A stretch of 62,561 nt of DNA, counting the filler, from Sphacelaria rigidula (Eukaryota), in NCBI GenBank assembly GCA_964200075.2. It is 6 parts of 6 records of this genome, joined end to end, with 100 filler letters (N's around TTAATTAATTAA, not from the genome) between each part and the next. Parts side by side here need not be neighbours in the genome. Positions count along the whole stretch, not along the records: positions 10,447 to 20,791 come from CAXNAA020006684.1; positions 20,892 to 31,234 come from CAXNAA020006685.1; 4 more parts are not named here. One strand, 5' to 3'. Below are positions 11,309 through 22,799 of the stretch, piece after piece (position 1 is the first letter of the stretch; each line of letters opens with the position of its first letter). Under the pieces are notes generated by a model. The model made no database searches. It saw only the letters and a program-made list of their open reading frames with translations, and was not told where the DNA came from. Made by a program: the position numbers and the translations under genes.

Positions 11309-14300
11309 CTTGTTCATGCCGTAACCCCGGAAACGCTCGTCGTACATGGGCGCCACGGTTTTGGCCACGACAACATAGGGCTCGAAGCAAGGTGAAAACG
11401 GCACGGTGTAGGCCACAGCTGCGGATGGGTCAAGAGCATTAAGTTGGCAAATAGCGGCAGCTCTGGTCAGATATCAACTCCGAATTTAACTGGAAGAAAG
11501 TAGTATATATTTGGGGTAGGCGGGAAGGGTGGGCCATAAGAGTCTCTCATGCATCACCTCAACTTCCTGCGTCAGCCACCACGGGGCCCAACAATCGAGT
11601 ATTGATTACGCTCACATGAAACTAAGGAAATGTCTGAAAGCAGCTGTTACATGATGGCTGAATCATTCTCGATCGAATAATGCTGAATGCGTACCAATGG
11701 AAAAGGGAATTCTTGTCCTTCTGCTTCATCTGGCGTCTAGCGTTACTCTGCAGAAGGGCGACATCGAATGCTTGAGCACGACCGGTCAACGTTCTCACAT
11801 CAGGTATTGCAACGACAGCAACATGGCATAGTGTAGAGAACTCCCACTCAGGGCGAGAAACGACGATAAAAAAGCAGTGTCGGCCTTTTGTATTCCTTAT
11901 CGTCTCTCGCTTGGGTTTCTCGCCTCCTGCGTGCTCGTTCTTGGATGTCTCTTCCGCCCACCGAAGGAAATCGGTAGGGCCGTGACCCTTTGGGAAGTAA
12001 TCGACGTGAAAGCCTTGTACCAGGCCTTCCCGAAGCAGGCTAACCGCCTCTTTGGTAGTGGCTGGCGGAGAAATAGATTCCTAAAACATTCACCACAGCG
12101 GAAGGTAGGATGTGGAGTCGAGGGTCGAATCAATATTAGTACCCTAGTAGTTACCGACTTTCGATTATAGCAGTTTGAGCACTTTGCGTGGCATATGTTG
12201 AACGCTTGGGATGTTGTTGCTCACTAGCTCGTCGAAACACGTATGCGCTGCAGCCTCCAGACACGGCACAACGATCGCCAACGTTTTCTTGGCCGCAACT
12301 TCAGCTTCATCTATCCCTTCTCTGCATCTCGTATCAACGAATTCGCCAGGCAGTATCCTCTCCTGCACGTCGGCCAAGCTCAACTCCGAAAGGAGGTTTT
12401 CAGCAGGGATGCAATCGCTGTCCACCAAGAGAGCAGTGGCCGCCGGGTGGAAGCCCGCATCTCGAGCCTTGAAGAAACAAAGCATCAAGCGTGCGAACAA
12501 ATACAGATGATAGTTTAATACAACTACCGTAACATTTCCATGTCTTCCTAATTATCCTCAGACACGAGGACGCGAGCAACGAACAGCGAGCAGAACGATT
12601 TGGTGTCTTACTAATCCAAATATTACGACCACAGCGATTTTCGCCAAGGCAGGGCAGTCTACCGCACAAGAAAGTAGTAGGTGAGGGTGCACAGTAGCGC
12701 AATAGTCAAGCAGCATGTGCTGGTGAAGTTGATGTCGCACTCAACGCGAGCGTTTCTTGCCACGGTTCGCCCGCCCTCAATCGTTTCCTCATGTGTTTAG
12801 GCTAAACCTATGGATGTTTTTTACTCTAGAGTTCCTTGCAGCAAATGAACCCTTGTGCCGTGTACCTGCAATAGAGCCAAGTTACGGAGGGCGTTGATCG
12901 GGTATAGCGCTCCGCAATGGTCGTGCCTAGTTGTGTCGGCTTCAGCTCCCTCTAATATGGCCACATCCAATGATAGCCGAGTCTGAGATGGGTCAGACGA
13001 ATGGGCTTCGTCAACAGTGTCGCAGAGTCGCCGGATAGCCGCCGTCGTCTGTGGTGGATGAATGTACATGCGATCGTGTTTAGGTGGGAAACGTCCGTCA
13101 GAATCTTCTGAAGAGTCTTGTAATGAACTAAATAGTCGCGGCATCACGAACGTTTTCGCGCCTCCACTTCAAATATCGATGACACTTCAAATGTATCGAG
13201 TCACACGCCTCTAATTTGGATGCCCGTTTCATTGCAGCATGTGCAAGACCGCTGCGGTGACGGTTCCTGATCATCGTTCTCAGAAGGATCGCTCAGAATC
13301 TCTGTACACTGCTGACAGAACTGCGACCTTTTCGAATCACTCATTAACGGGGATGCACAGGTCGACAAAACACGCCCTGCCCCACGCCCCGCCTTCCCCC
13401 CTCTCTTGCGTTGCAACGTACCCGGAGGTTCTCGGACCTAGTCTCCGACTACCGTACAACACATGCGAATATCGCGGCTCCTACAAATCAGACTCCCCTA
13501 GACACCCGCATTTATACGACGAACACTCCCCCCCCCACTACAAATATGACTCGCCAGAATCGTTTGCGTGTGCTCGTACGAGTTTTGAGCTCGAGTCAGA
13601 GTAGACACTCGAATTCGCGAGTAATTCATAGTGACCACAGTCATACCTCGGCAGCCGCAGATGTCGGAGCGGAAGGGATGAGCACCGCAAGACTAATATC
13701 GCCACCCCACTTTGTAGCTTGTTTCAGCACCGACGGCAAACGATCGGCAGAACACTGCGTAACCAGAGTAACTGGTGAATCCGGCGACGGGCGCGACTGC
13801 AAAGTGGAGGAGCGGAGCAAAAAGTATGTTGAGGGCCACACTTTTCCACTCGTTGTTCCAGGAACAACGATTGAATCTGAAACTGGCCAAGGTATCGACG
13901 TGTCGCTGACATTGACCTCTTGAAAAAACGCAAGAGTTCTGCCTGTTTCTCGGTCTGAGGGGGATTGCGCTTTCGATGAAACGCATAAATGTGATGCTTC
14001 TCCAACGCTTCAAGGGGTGTCAGAATTTACGAGTCACGCCAGAAAAATCGCTGCTGAAGAAAAAACGCCATCTACTTATCTACGTGAACAACAGAAAGGA
14101 AGTAGATGGGTACATAAATCGATCAGCAACAAGCAGGAGTGAGCAGTACTTCCTGTGAAATCGGATAGATAGGCTCTGGTACGTTCAATGGTGTCATGTT
14201 TGCCGCTCATAGAGAAGCCGAGATTCATGTAGGGACAGGAATGAGATGTCTGCAAGTGCTATGCTTCATTCGTAGTCTGATGAGACCCGAAATTTCCAAT

Positions 14301-15365
14301 TGCGCGTGGAAGGAAACTAGGAATGGTGAAAGCAGTGAGTCCAGCTCAAGTCTGGTGAAACTGTGAATCATACGAGTATCGTCGACAAGGACCACGAGTA
14401 AACAAACCCATAGCCGTTTCATGAGCTAACAAGTCAACATTGTGACTTCTCGTTACATGCCTGGACTGCACAGTCGTAAAGGGTGTCCGTTCACCGTTTG
14501 TGTGCATTACTTCCTAGCACTTCATAGCGATCGTGTAAGTCAACACATCAGCTGCAGGGGGGAGCCAAATCGATGTTTCCACGACGCCGTGCCCTGGCTA
14601 AATGTACACAGACTATTGTGCGCGGCGTTGAGTACGACGTAGATTCAGATGCAACCTGGAGCCGTCACCGATGTCCATTCAAGGAAATGCGCCCGAAGTC
14701 TTGTGACTGTCAAGAAGTCGGAAGCCATACGCCAAATCGAGAAGTAAGTAGTAGCTCACCCGTCCAGCGTGAAACGCGTGCACTGTCATCTTGTACGGAA
14801 TGGCTTCCGGTTTGGCAACCTTCAACGCTGCCTTCAATACATCCTCCTCGCACCTGAAACCCCAGAGGCATACAAAACGCACTGTAATCTAATCGTGACA
14901 GGAGGTGCTGTCAGAGAGAGTTCATTGGCTGTGAGAGTTGCTCGCTGAACAACGAAGTATCGCAATGATTGAGTTCGACAATCGCCAACGGTACTACAAC
15001 GGCTTAAATAGGACATCAATATCTGGTACGAGTAGTGCGGCAGAATTTCTCATGCCATCATGTGGTTAATCATGTATCGAAAGCCACGGCAGGGAGACAG
15101 GTCCACTGAACGGCGAGATAACGATATCGCGAGCCGACTCGGCCCGCCAGATGTAAGTCCACCCAGGGTTGAGGCCCCAATACCTGTTGTAAAAGATTTG
15201 CTACCTTTTCTCTGGCGCAGGTTCTGCTGTCCCCAGCCAATCTGTTCGTACTCGTCGTTGTTTAGAACACGTCCACGCCCGCGGCATTACGTCTACGGGT
15301 TGATCGTTGGTAGCGGTTTTAGCCACGCCTCTAGGTCCGGCAAGAACCTGGTAGCCAGAATGCAT
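11309..15365 (-). CDS. Glycosyltransferase family 49 (LARGE/B4GAT1-like) protein; last exon(s) not identified
   Basis: Minus-strand exons: 15365 or 15347 to 15205 (tentative), 14853-14760, 13796-13647, 13048-12866, 12467-12183, 12080 to 11924 or 11962, and 11418 or 11462 to 11309. GT49 motifs appear in order: VTLVTQCSADRL...WGGDISLAV, YPINALRNLAL, LLVDSD (DxD), IVVPCLE, FHVDYFPKGHGPTDFLRW, FEPYVVV...PMYDERFRGYGMNK. Confidence 0.85.
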
Positions 15366-15796
15366 ACATAGCTCGAATTGGCAGTCAGGCTGTGAGGTGG
15401 ACGGTAAGTGGCTGACTTGGAAAACTTGTAGCGGCTGTCAATGTCTACCTCCAAGCCGATGGTTGGTATTTTGTAAACGCCACACGTCCCCGAGCCGCAC
15501 TCTGTAGCGTGGACAACGTGTCAGCCGCTGCGATGTTCAACAGATACCCACCGTCATCAATCTCAATGTTTAGGCAACTCGCCCTTCGTCGATAAGAACA
15601 CGAACACCATAAAGTGAAGTCCGTGAAAACATGTGTAGCGCCTATGCCATACTTCAGTGCGCGTCCCGCTCTCGTGACTGAAAAAGTATATACGTTGGCT
15701 CGCTCTTGGAGTACATGAGATGTGCTGGTGTCTCAGTGTGTGCTTGTGGTCAAGTAAGCATATTTCAGCTAGCTGTTTGAAATTAGATAAGCTTGC

Positions 15797-17593
15797 CTTA
15801 GCAGCATACCCTCCGCCCGTAGGTCCACCATCATCAAGGTCCCTCGGGCCCGCGCCGGCGTACATATCAACGTCATCAAGACTGGGGTCTCCATCATCAT
15901 CACCACTCGTAGGTATCCCAATATGCTCGCCTACATCTTGTGCTGCATCGATGATATGTTCGCCAATATGAGGTGCGGAATCAACAGCGCCTTCGACGAG
16001 GTTCTCAGCGAAATCAACACCGCCTTCGACGAGGTTCTCTGCGAAATCAAGCCCCTCTCTCCCAACCTGAAGCATTTGTCGCGGTTGTGTATACAAGGTA
16101 AATATCATGTATTCAGTGGGCATACTTTCCGCGCCAGCGATATCGAGCGCGTGGACAATTCAGATACGACGGCTCGTAATTCGGCTGGACGTCGAACTCC
16201 GCATATCCAACATTAATCAACGGGTTGGGCTCCCACGAATATCGCTCGGCTTGTACACACGACAGGGTGAACTGTAGGTTCATCATGGGAACCGTGAACA
16301 AAACGCTGCGCAATGCCCTAAACAGACGGCGACGACTCATTCGAGAACATCGTGAGAACCTAAGACCGTGTATTTTTGAGTAGAAAACAAGGATCACGAA
16401 GAGGGATCGAGGAACAAGAAGTACGTTCATTCAACGCCGCGATATCACCCCCTCAAAAAAACAAACCGGCGGCTCTTTTTTCATGGGGCGGTTTCTTGTT
16501 TTGGCAGCATCGCTTTTTTGAAGCAATCGTTTTGGGATTTTTCAGGCTATTGGCCAATACTTGTTTGGGTTGTTCGCCATAAAGAGTAACATAAACCAGC
16601 GGCGCAATGACCCTTGCTGTGGTACATACCTGTCACACAAACCGGACCCGAGGCATAAGGTCATGTTTTATTGAGACAAACAAAAGCTTGAAATGGAACA
16701 AGCGTCTGAAGCAGCACGTTGATTGATCGTCGGGCGGGTCTATTGTTGCGGCGACCAATCAACATGCTGATTTTGAACGCTTGCTCCTTTTCACAATTTT
16801 TTGGTCTCGGTAAGACACGGCCAAATTTCATAAACGTTTGATCTCATCGTCCCAACATTGAAAGTGAAGAGCTCGAGCCGCAGCTATTGATCTACTGAGT
16901 ACAACGTTTTCAGCTCGGGGGAAATCGATTCTAACTATATCGAGACAAGATGATTTTTGTCAGACAGGCGCCGTGTAACACACCCACGAACGGCGAACGA
17001 CTCGATCTCGAGCACGTCTGGTTGCACAAGCACGGCCGGCCCTCCTCGAAAAACAAATGGATTGCGGTGAAACAATGAGTGCGTGCATAGATGAAAGAGC
17101 GTTAGCGTATGGCGTGCTGCATTGTGCCGTGGATGTCTGTGCGTGTTTGCTCAGGCCGTGTTGTTGTAACGGTGTAACGTTGTTCAGTCATGTGTTCAGT
17201 CGCCCCCATTGGGTTTACAGACCTGTCCCCAACTGCGTCCGGTGCGGGAAGAATCACCGTTTCCCCCAGAAAGCCAGTTTGTGAATGTTCGTTAGGACCC
17301 AAGGTGGTTATTGTGTGCCGGAAAGCTTCATGGCTTTGTCCCTCTTTATGCTTGTTTTCATCGTCTCGATAAGACACGGCCTGAGTTTTGAGGCCGGCAC
17401 GTTGCAAGTCAGGGAACACCCCCTCTTACGCCCCCGCCTTCCGACACTTGCATAGAAATGGATTTCTTCACCTCTCCAACTAGATCGAGGGCTGCGCCAC
17501 CCCCTTCCACCGCATCCTCAGCGAAATCAACAAGAGTTTCTCCTACATTCCCGGCAGCATCTAAAGCTTCTCCAGCGAAGTCTTGAGCAAAAC
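15797..17593 (-). CDS. Two exons encoding acidic 11-residue amphipathic repeats; either a separate gene or the N-terminus of the GT49 gene
   Basis: Exons 17593-17472 (cag|...gag|gtgaag) and 16066 to about 15797 (cag|...aag|gcaagc) join in phase 0. The peptide has an 11-aa period (DFAENLVEGGV, DFAENLVEGAV, DSAPHIGEHII, DAAQDVGEHIG). Confidence 0.65.
16659..16822. mobile_element. PIF/Harbinger-like hairpin MITE
   Basis: Imperfect full-length palindrome GGTCATGTTTTATTGAGAC...GTCTCGGTAAGACACGGCC, preceded by TAA. A related element at about 17154-17381 reads TCA|GGCCGTGT...GTCTCGATAAGACACGGCC|TGA. Confidence 0.55.
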
Positions 17594-19519
17594 CTGTATT
17601 GAGTGACAAGACGTTTAGAACAAGCCAGCATCAATTGAACACCCAACATCTGTTTCGTCGTGAGTACCCCTTTTGGTGATCTTGTGTGCTTCTCCACGTT
17701 TGGCGTTATGTCGGACGTCTCTCTCCCGCTCAGGCCTTGGCTTCACCAATCGCGTGAGCTAGTTCCACAAAGTACATCGTATTCGTGGGTCAAACGACGA
17801 GGTTTACACCATGCGTGATTCCGGCGTGGACCCAGGGCAGGCTTTTGCGATATTATCGAACCCCCCTGTTCCGGGGCGATGAATCGTGTCGATGTGGGCA
17901 TAGTGTACGCAAACGAAGAAGAGAGCTTGCAAAGGATACCCGTCGAGCACCCTGTGCCGAATCCGTTAACTTGGAGAGGACGGCATCAATATCGATTCGA
18001 TTCTGGGCAGACGTTATTGATCGAATTGTAGTCTCTGGCGCATAGACAGTGTCTCACTGACAGGGTACCTAGCGCTTCTGCTCAGGGGTAGCGTGAAGGC
18101 GATTGGGGTATATAGACGTTGGCAAGCTGACAGTGCCTCTTGTTCAGTTACCCATATGATCACTGCGTGAGCGTATAGGCCGCAGAAAGGCTCACAACAC
18201 TAAGGTGAACCCGTCGCAGCAAAGCACAGAGATATTTAGAAGTATTATATATCAGGGGTATCTCGAACGCAAGATTCTTGATATATTGCACAGTAATTTA
18301 CTGGAAAATAACACGAACCTCGAATTTGATGTACGGTGCTTCTATTAACCATACATTGCTCACAGAGGACTATGACAACACACCAATACTAGAGCAATAT
18401 GCCCATCAAACTGTAGACGCAGGTAGACTCCTACTTGGTCGAGTGGGAAATACCAGCATATGAGTGGAAGGCTTGGAGAGTAGAAGACTGAATACGTGAG
18501 GGTGGTGCTTTAGCCGACGTGCTACACACTTAGCCATCACATCCATGCTCCAATCTATTTACATCGGCTCTATTTCTCCCACCGACTCTATTCCTTTCAC
18601 CGCGACTCTACTTTTGCTACCTGCTCTATTTCTTCCAGAATCTCCAAAATCATTTTTTGGAAAAATGCGACTTCCTTTAAGCCTACAATAACATTCCCAG
18701 ATCTGTTCCCAAATGGTTCGAAGTCAAACGTGAAATATCATGTGGACCAGCACATGGTCCCCATATCCTACAACCTGTTGGCTATGGGTGAAAAGACCTG
18801 ACTAACACCCACCCTTATTATACACTTGGAAAAAGCAGTCTTACACAACGTCAAGAGAAGTGTCAAATTCTCATCTTCGGCGGCCACTACAAACGAGAGA
18901 AAACTCAAACCCTCTACGTAAAGTGTAAACACACTGCTCTCGTGCTCGAAAAAAACAATTCTTGATCAAGCAAATCCCACTCTCGAGCAGGACCTCGTTC
19001 CTCACTTCGTACTGCAATAAAGACAAACTACAGTACAGTCGACAAGGGGAACATAACAACTCAAATTGTTTCTGCTCGAGTGATTGCTTGCTGTTCTTCA
19101 CTCTTACATTGCACGAGGACTTATCATGTCCAGGAAGCGAACACCTTACCCATTGAAACAGTGAGCACTCACTTGTTCAATGGGTAAACTCTTCGCTTCC
19201 TGAACAAAATATGCTGTGTGGTCCGTCCCGGCATGACATATCAGTGATATCTTGCCCCTCGCAAGTTTCACTGCTCACATTTCGAAGTAATTCCTTCCAC
19301 TTTCGATCATGCCGGAACTCGAACCGCATATGTTTTGCTCGGGAAGCGAACAGTTCATACGTCGGACAGCTCATGAGCTACCTAAAATAATCATTCCACG
19401 AGAACTCTCAGATCCGCTCTACAAAAACAAAAATTTCATGACAGCAGTGTCCGAGAAATCAAAGCGCTACCTGCGCGATACTCCGGCTTCTCGGCGGCTA
19501 GCGTTTTCCGGAGCTAATG

Positions 19520-19958
19520 ACACGGGATCTTACAAATTGGGGATGGATCTTTTATTGGGGATGAGAAACCCGGAGAATTAAAATCTTCGTATTCACACCA
19601 AATCTTTGAAATATGGTTCCATTTCTTCACATGCTGACAGCTATTAACAACTGCTACACGTCATAGAAATATGGATTTCGATCACCGAAATTTCGGGGTC
19701 TTAGGTGAAGAATCAATTTCGGAACCATTTTGGCGTCCGTTCGGACCCCCAAAATTCCCGAAAAATGGGTTTTCACCTAGGACCCCAACATGTCGGTGAT
19801 CGAAATCCAAATTTCTATGGCGTGTAGCAGTTGTTAATAGCTATCGGTAGGTGAAGAAAAGTAACCATACTTCGAAGATTTGATGATACGAAGATTTTAA
19901 TTCTCCGGGTTTCTCAACCCCAATAAGAGATCCATCCCCAATTTGTAAGATCCCGTGT
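19520..19958. mobile_element. Foldback (palindromic) MITE, about 440 bp
   Basis: ACACGGGATCTTACAAATTGGGGATGGATCT...AGATCCATCCCCAATTTGTAAGATCCCGTGT. The arms pair imperfectly almost to the centre near 19740. Confidence 0.8.
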
Positions 19959-21999
19959 TTAATACTGAAAAAGTGGCCAGACGGCTAGCTCATGATCCGG
20001 ATCAGCACTCTAATAAGGAGATATATTCAGGTAGCTCATGAGCTGTCCGACGTGTGGAACAGTTTACCCGTTGAACAAGTGAGCGCTCACTCGTTCAATG
20101 GGTAAACTGTTCGCTTCCTGAAAATATCAAGACAACGAAATCAAGACGCACAGTTACCGCAAGCACGCAAAAAGCTGCATTCAGGAGAAACAATACGTTA
20201 CATGTGTTTCAATAATATTTCCAACGAGATTAAATGCTCTACGTACGTACACCGCAACATGCAAGCACTCGAGAAAACCACATACATTGAAGTTGCACTC
20301 ATGCCGAGCAATCGTCAAGTTGTTCAAAATACGGTATCAATAACAATAAACACAAAAAGCTACAACTCACTACTTCCGCAGTAGATAAAACATGTTACGA
20401 AAATGTTAGGTGCACTGCCGAACGAAATCTGCATCATTCAAATCAACGCTTTTGTGGCCAACATCGTACGACGATAATACAAAGAATCACCATACTTTGT
20501 AGTGGATGATGACGTGTTACTCCGAGCACTACAAAGTCAACGAAGCACACAAAACCCCAGCAAAATGTTTTGCTACGTGCATCTCATAGTCAATATGGGC
20601 GCAAAACGTTCTCGCTCAGACCCAGGCCCCTCTTTATGTCTCCTTTCAACAAGGCACAAAACGCTTAGGATAAAATACCAAGCCCAAATTCTATTCACCA
20701 ACTCCGTCCGGAGGGCAACCCTTAAAACTCCATACCCTGGACAATAGAATACACGGTCGAAAAATTTACTGCGTGCAGTATGGAATCTATTNNNNNNNNN
20801 NNNNNNNNNNNNNNNNNNNNNNNNNNNNNNNNNNNTTAATTAATTAANNNNNNNNNNNNNNNNNNNNNNNNNNNNNNNNNNNNNNNNNNNNGCTTGTTCG
20901 AACAACCGTGGCTGCTTTCAACGACGATCTGACTCAAACTTTCGAGCAACAAATGGCCCAAAATACCTCCCCCTCTATCGTAGGATGACTCTTACAATAA
21001 ACGTTACACGTCACATTATTACACGTGTGTGACGTCTGAACGAACGTCACGATCGTCACACGTTCAACTTGTACCACAGTTAGTGTGAAATTAGCATATG
21101 TGATATTCGCATGATATGACACATACATGGGTTCAAGAAGAGAGTGTACATATGCCATTATAATACGCACGCGATGTAAGCGCAAGTTCAGCGCCACGGC
21201 AGCATGCACCGCCACACCACACCCAACCATAGTATGCATTATTGTGAGTTGCCGTGTGCCGTTTTACGTGTTGGAGTCACTAGTATCAATATATGGACCA
21301 CGAAGTAATCAGAGACCTTGTGCCATTGAAGAGGTGCCAAGGGTGAAACGAGCTTGTGAGCTCGTGGACAAATTCGGTGGCCCCACTGCTGTTCTGTAGT
21401 TCTGTTCTTTATTTCGTTGATTTTGCTTTGTTTTCTCATGTTGAGGGTTTTTTTTTTCTGTTTTTCTGCCGTCCGTCTCTGTTCGAACGGTTTTGTGTAA
21501 GTTTTTATCTCTATTCCTGGCACACTGAGTCATTATTATGTGTTTCTACCTTCCTGATGTCCGCCCTGCGAACACGGCTGGATTCGTACCGGATCCTCAG
21601 TTCATGTGTATTATATAACATATATATATAGATATAATATAGAATATAGATCTTCTGCATATACGCCCTGCTGAGAGAGCAAATAATTTTAACAATACAG
21701 AACCGAATTGCTATGTGTTGAGTGTCCTACAAAATGCCAACCGACTACCAGGTATCACTAACGTATGTATGATCTGTCATACTTGCGTTTGTATGTGTAC
21801 ATCATGGCCTGCGCGCATCTTGGTATCTCACTACTATCTGATTATCGTACATCAATAACGTACTCATGTATTTCTTTGAAATGTGACTCAGGGACCGCAT
21901 GAGCGATGCACTAGCTGAAACGCATTTTTACATGTCAACATCGCGAGCAGAACGCGCCTCATGCTCAAACAAGGCAGCCACCGTGAACCTTACACCGTC

Positions 22000-22500
22000 G
22001 TACGTAACGTTCATTTGCCCTCAACACGGTCGAAGTGTAACGTTTCATTTTTCGTTACACGTCACAAACGTAACGTATATTATACGTTACACGTCACAAT
22101 AACGTCCCAAAATACGTTACACGTCACAAGCATAACGGAGATAATTAGTTACAGGTCACAAAAACGTTCCAAATTACGTTGCACGTCACAAACGTAACGT
22201 CTCACGATACGTTACACGTCACAAACGTATATTAATGTGACGTGTAACGTTTAAAGTGACATGTAACGTATAAAATACGTTACACGTCACGTGAAACGTA
22301 TAAAATACGTTACTGTGACGTAACATAACGTATAGCTCGATCTTCAATTCGTCACAAGTGTGACGTAACGTACCGTACCCGAACAACAATCTGACGTGAC
22401 GAAACGTACAATATTTCATACGCCACTATGTGTGACGTGACGTAACGTATAAATTTTCATACGTCACATTTGTGACGTAACGTGTAACATGTAACGTATA
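22000..22500. repeat. Array of ACGTTACACGTCACA motifs in direct, then inverted, orientation
   Basis: Six direct units at about 22053, 22085, 22115, 22147, 22177 and 22210, then mostly inverted GTGACGTGTAACGT or GTGACGTAACGT units up to 22500. The same motif occurs at about 21001. Confidence 0.8.
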
Positions 22501-22593
22501 GAACCTTGGAAAATGTTTCATGTTCTTTTGAATATGAATCCAACACTACATTACCAAGAACTGGAAAAGAAAACCCGATCCCGACACATTCAA

Positions 22594-22799
22594 CGATAGC
22601 CCCCCCCCAAAACCAGCTAAAAGTGTCATGAAAAAAATGGCCATACAGCTCCTGATGTTTAGGTTCAGGCTCCATCAAGCGCCTCATATTGGCGACATTN
22701 NNNNNNNNNCCCAGCTTCTCGTTGTGCTCGGTTTTTCCCATTTCGATTTACGCGAAGATTTTGCCCCCCAAAACCATGCACTTCTGGGGGGGGTTATCG
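22594..22799. mobile_element. Tc1/mariner-like MITE (CGATAGCCCC TIR family)
   Basis: CGATAGCCCCCCC...GGGGGGTTATCG|TA. It is the reverse-complement homologue of 44345-44583. Confidence 0.7.

Noticed and set aside
22000..22500. CRISPR-like repeat array
   Set aside because: The repeats are short and degenerate, the spacers are short and resemble each other, the orientation flips, the context is eukaryotic and no cas genes are present.
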